Positions 7,880-10,202 of a DNA stretch of 10,202 nt are shown one piece after another. Both the position numbers and the translations under genes were made by a program. Every line of letters begins with the position of its first letter. The stretch's first letter is position 1. The notes beneath the pieces were generated by a model, which saw nothing but the letters and a program-made list of their open reading frames with translations, was not told the origin of the DNA and searched no databases. Source of the DNA: Octopus sinensis (Eukaryota); NCBI RefSeq assembly GCF_006345805.1, contig NW_021827478.1, positions 1 through 10,202 on the forward strand, in the 5' to 3' direction.

Positions 7880-8044
7880 GATGGGCTTCTTTCAGTTTCC
7901 ATCTACCAAATCCACTCACAAGGCTTTGGTCGGCCCGAGGCTATAGTAGAAGACACTTGCCCAAGGTGCCACGCAGTGGGACTGAACCCGGAACCATGTG
8001 GTTGGTAAACAAGCTACTTACCACACAGCCACTCCTGCACCTAT
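7599..8044 (-). mobile_element. Family A SINE, copy 3, full length, longer internal (TA)n
   Basis: Colinear with 5553-5966; A/B boxes on the minus strand; duplicated TACTCTTTTA tail unit. Possible low-complexity TSD TATGTAT (7593-7599 / 8042-8048). Confidence 0.96.
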
Positions 8045-8245
8045 GTATGTGTTAGAGTGCATGGTAATGCGTGCGTGTGTGTGCACGTGCACGCATGCTC
8101 CCTCCTATGCACCCGTGCTTGTGTGTGGATGCACATGAACAAGTGTGTGCATGTTTCAGTTTGTATAAATATGTGTGTGTATGTGTGTGTGTGCGTGTGC
8201 ATGCGTGCATGTGTGTTTGTGTATGTATGTATGTTTACGTGTGCA
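8045..8245. repeat. Degenerate (TG)n/(TGCA/TGTA)n tract
   Basis: gtgtgtgtatgtgtgtgtgtgcgtgtgcatgcgtgcatgtg; source of the C/V/M-rich ORFs. Confidence 0.85.
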
Positions 8246-8316
8246 TGCTTGATCGTTTATCCTGGTAGATGTATGGTTCAACAATCACATTTACATGAGA
8301 GAAAGTGAGAGTGAGA

Positions 8317-8356
8317 GACAGGCTGACAGACAGGCTGACAGACAGACTGAGAGACA
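8317..8356. repeat. 12-bp minisatellite (GACAGGCTGACA x ~3.3) derived from (GACA)n
   Basis: gacaggctgaca gacaggctgaca gacagactgaga gaca. Confidence 0.85.
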
Positions 8357-8446
8357 AACAAACTGTATATCCCACTCGCAACTTATGTATAATTACAGGG
8401 AATTATAAAATCATGAAAGTCAGCAATGACAATGTGTATATTCAGC

Positions 8447-8606
8447 TTTCATCCAACTTTGTGTTCTGAGTTCAAATTCCACCATGGTTGACTGTGCCTT
8501 TCATCCTTCTGGAGTTTTAAATATAAGTACTAGTAAAGTACTGGCGTTGATATAATCAACTAGCCCCTTCCCAAAATTGCAGGGCTTGTGCTAAAATTTG
8601 AAACCA
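8447..8606 (+). mobile_element. Family B SINE, copy 4, 5'-truncated
   Basis: GTTCTGAGTTCAAATTCCACCATGGTTGACTGTGCCTTTCATCCTTCTGGAGTT...AAGTACTAG...CTGG.GTTGATATAATCAACTAGCCCC matches the reverse complement of 2376-2525. The B-box is present and the A-box is missing. Confidence 0.9.
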
Positions 8607-8810
8607 AAATGTATATTTCAGCATATATATTTCAGTATATAATTTTCTTTGTTAAATAAAAATAAAAAATTGGCATTGGTGAGAATTGAACTCAAAATCG
8701 TGAGTGCTAAGGTACTGTCAACCATTTAGTCTGGTTCTCTGCTGTTGTCTCAAACTTCATAATTTTTCTTCTTCTTTTTTTACATTTATCTATTCTTTTC
8801 TTTCTTTCAG

Positions 8811-8921
8811 AAGAAAACAAAACAGTTTTAAAATGAACCCAGATTATTCCTTATTGCTACCCCTTACACCAGTTCCCTACTCCACAATAGGGCCTTCTTT
8901 ACAAGATTTAAAGGCTCCTAG
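8811..8921 (+). other. Candidate 111-nt exon (open frame RKQNSFKMNPDYSLLLPLTPVPYSTIGPSLQDLKAP); unidentified
   Basis: Long polypyrimidine tract ending TTTCTTTCAG (AG 8809-8810), donor TAG|GTAACA at 8922, length divisible by 3 (phase 2/2), ATG in AAAATG context at 8833. No homology recognised. Confidence 0.35.
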
Positions 8922-9320
8922 GTAACACAATATGCACAGGGGCCCTGACATACACAACAAACAGTTGCAACATATATTCATAAGCATTGAGCCCCTAGAT
9001 CAAATAGGGTTCTGGAGTAACTGCCTGGTATCCCTATCGATGCCTTAAGATGGCATAGCCCCCACCCAGACTAAATACCATGTAAATTTCAATAGCTACA
9101 TATGATTTGAACTCACAACAGTGCTGTAACTAAATCTGATACAACAACACCGCTTCCAGCCATGAAATATATTTGAGAGTCCCAGCTTTTGAAAGAAAAT
9201 AGAAATAATGTTTATTTTCCTTCTTTATCATGCAGTTTTACGGATATTTTTTTAGAATGTGAATTAAAGCTATCGAGTATGAGTGTGTGTGAGTGTGTGT
9301 TTGTGAAGTGGGGGGTGTAT

Positions 9321-9605
9321 TTTTACCTGTTTTTTTCAGTGGACTGCAGCTATAGCAGGGCAGCGCTTTGAAAGGTTTAGACTTAGTCAAACAAATCAAC
9401 CCCAGTACGTATTTTAAAGTCCAGTTCTTATCCTATCAATTATCTTTTTATCAGACCACTAAATTACGGGGGATGTAAACAAAGCAACGCCGGTTGCCAA
9501 GCTGTGGTCAGTTCAGTTACAAACACACGCACACACATGTACATACACACACACACACACACAACACACACACACGCACATTTATGTGTGTGATGAGCTT
9601 CTTCC
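9321..9605 (-). mobile_element. Older, 5'-truncated relative of the family A SINE (3' half plus central microsatellite)
   Basis: TTTTACCTGTTT...GACTGCAGC...AGTCAAACAAATCAACCCCAG...CCACTAAATTACGGGGGATGTAAAC...CCGGTTGCCAAGC...ACAAACAC(CA)n...GATGAGCTTCTT is colinear with 5553-5812 but much more diverged. The tRNA head is absent. Confidence 0.8.
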
Positions 9606-9955
9606 CTGTCAGTGAGGTGAGAGAAACTACACATGAAAAAGTAAGGAAATAAGGCTGCGTTGAAAATTATAAACAAGAAATAAAAGAAAAAAAAATCGAA
9701 CCAAATCAAAGAGATACATTGAAAGATTCAAAAGTATTTAAAGAACCAGCTAAATATTTCTCAGTTCTATATTTGTTACTAACAGTCGATAGGATCACCA
9801 GAAAACAGATGTACACATGGGAATTGTTGCAATTAGTTAAGATAATTCTTCAGAAGTATATTACCTGTTTCTCTAACAGTTAATTGATATTAATGTGGAG
9901 GGTAACAGTGAGGTAGAAGAATAGGTAAAACAAGAATGACTCGTATGGTACTTAC

Positions 9956-10056
9956 CTGAGGATTTTTTTTTCTTTTTTGTTTTTAAATTGTTGTTATAAT
10001 CCAGTGGGGTTTCGTGAGAAAGTAAGGTAACTTAGGGAATAAACTTGACTGACTGA
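9956..10056 (-). promoter_or_regulatory. Candidate initiator (TCAGTC x2) plus short non-coding first exon ending in a consensus donor
   Basis: Minus strand carries overlapping TCAGTC at 10056-10051 and 10052-10047 (Drosophila-type Inr TCAKTY), ~100 nt with no ATG and stops in all frames, then CAG|GTAAGT (exon end 9956). Confidence 0.25.
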
Positions 10057-10134
10057 AGAAGCTCTGTGTGTGCTAGTGATGGAAATACATCTGATGTGAA
10101 TGTTGTTGCTGTTCTTGTTGTCGTGTATGTGTGA

Positions 10135-10202
10135 ATCTGTGTGTGTGTGTGTGTGTGCGTGCGTGTGTGTGCACGTGTGTGTATAAAAGAGAGAGAGAGA
10201 GA
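10135..10202. repeat. (GT)n followed by (GA)n microsatellite running off the window end
   Basis: gtgtgtgtgtgtgtgtgtgcgtgcgtgtg...gagagagagagaga. Confidence 0.93.

Noticed and set aside
8678-8733. Minus-strand A/B-box-like remnant (GACTAAATGG...GAGTTCAATTC); a similar B-box-like GAGTTCAAATC lies near 9105-9115
   Set aside because: Too short and degenerate, with no downstream body matching families A-C. They may be ancient SINE heads but cannot be supported.
9601-9622. CCCTGTCAG|TGAG|GTGAGA, a 4-nt micro-exon-like arrangement
   Set aside because: It sits at the decayed end of a SINE relic, has no supporting context, and such a short match is likely by chance.
10182-10189. TATAAAAG TATA-box-like motif on the + strand
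   Set aside because: It lies at the junction of (GT)n and (GA)n repeats, and any start site would fall outside the window, so it cannot be evaluated.

Overview
AT-rich eukaryotic genomic DNA, most likely from a coleoid cephalopod (probably Octopus). This assignment rests on recalled resemblance of the interspersed repeats, not on a database search. The window is intronic or intergenic in character and is dominated by microsatellites ((GATA)n, (AAT)n, (GAT)n, (CAA)n, (TA)n/(CA)n/(TG)n) and by three interspersed repeat families whose copies can be aligned to each other within the window. Family A is a ~410-450 bp tRNA-headed SINE with a CORE-like segment and an internal microsatellite (3 full copies plus 1 diverged 5'-truncated relative). 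Family B is a ~200-220 bp tRNA-headed SINE with an (ATT)n tail (4 copies, three of them head-to-tail inside AAT tracts). Family C is a ~190 bp unclassified element (4 diverged copies). Nearly all ORFs in the supplied track are artefacts of these repeats, and no protein-coding gene, RNA gene or CRISPR array can be confidently called. A few short non-repeat segments carry good splice signals and are low-confidence exon candidates (4147/4155-4208 +, 8811-8921 +, 9956-10054 -). I do not see a convincing novel biological system. The most interesting signals concern SINE biology: microsatellite-targeted stacking, a hairpin module shared by two families with compensatory changes, and inverted near-identical SINEs that could form ADAR-editable dsRNA.
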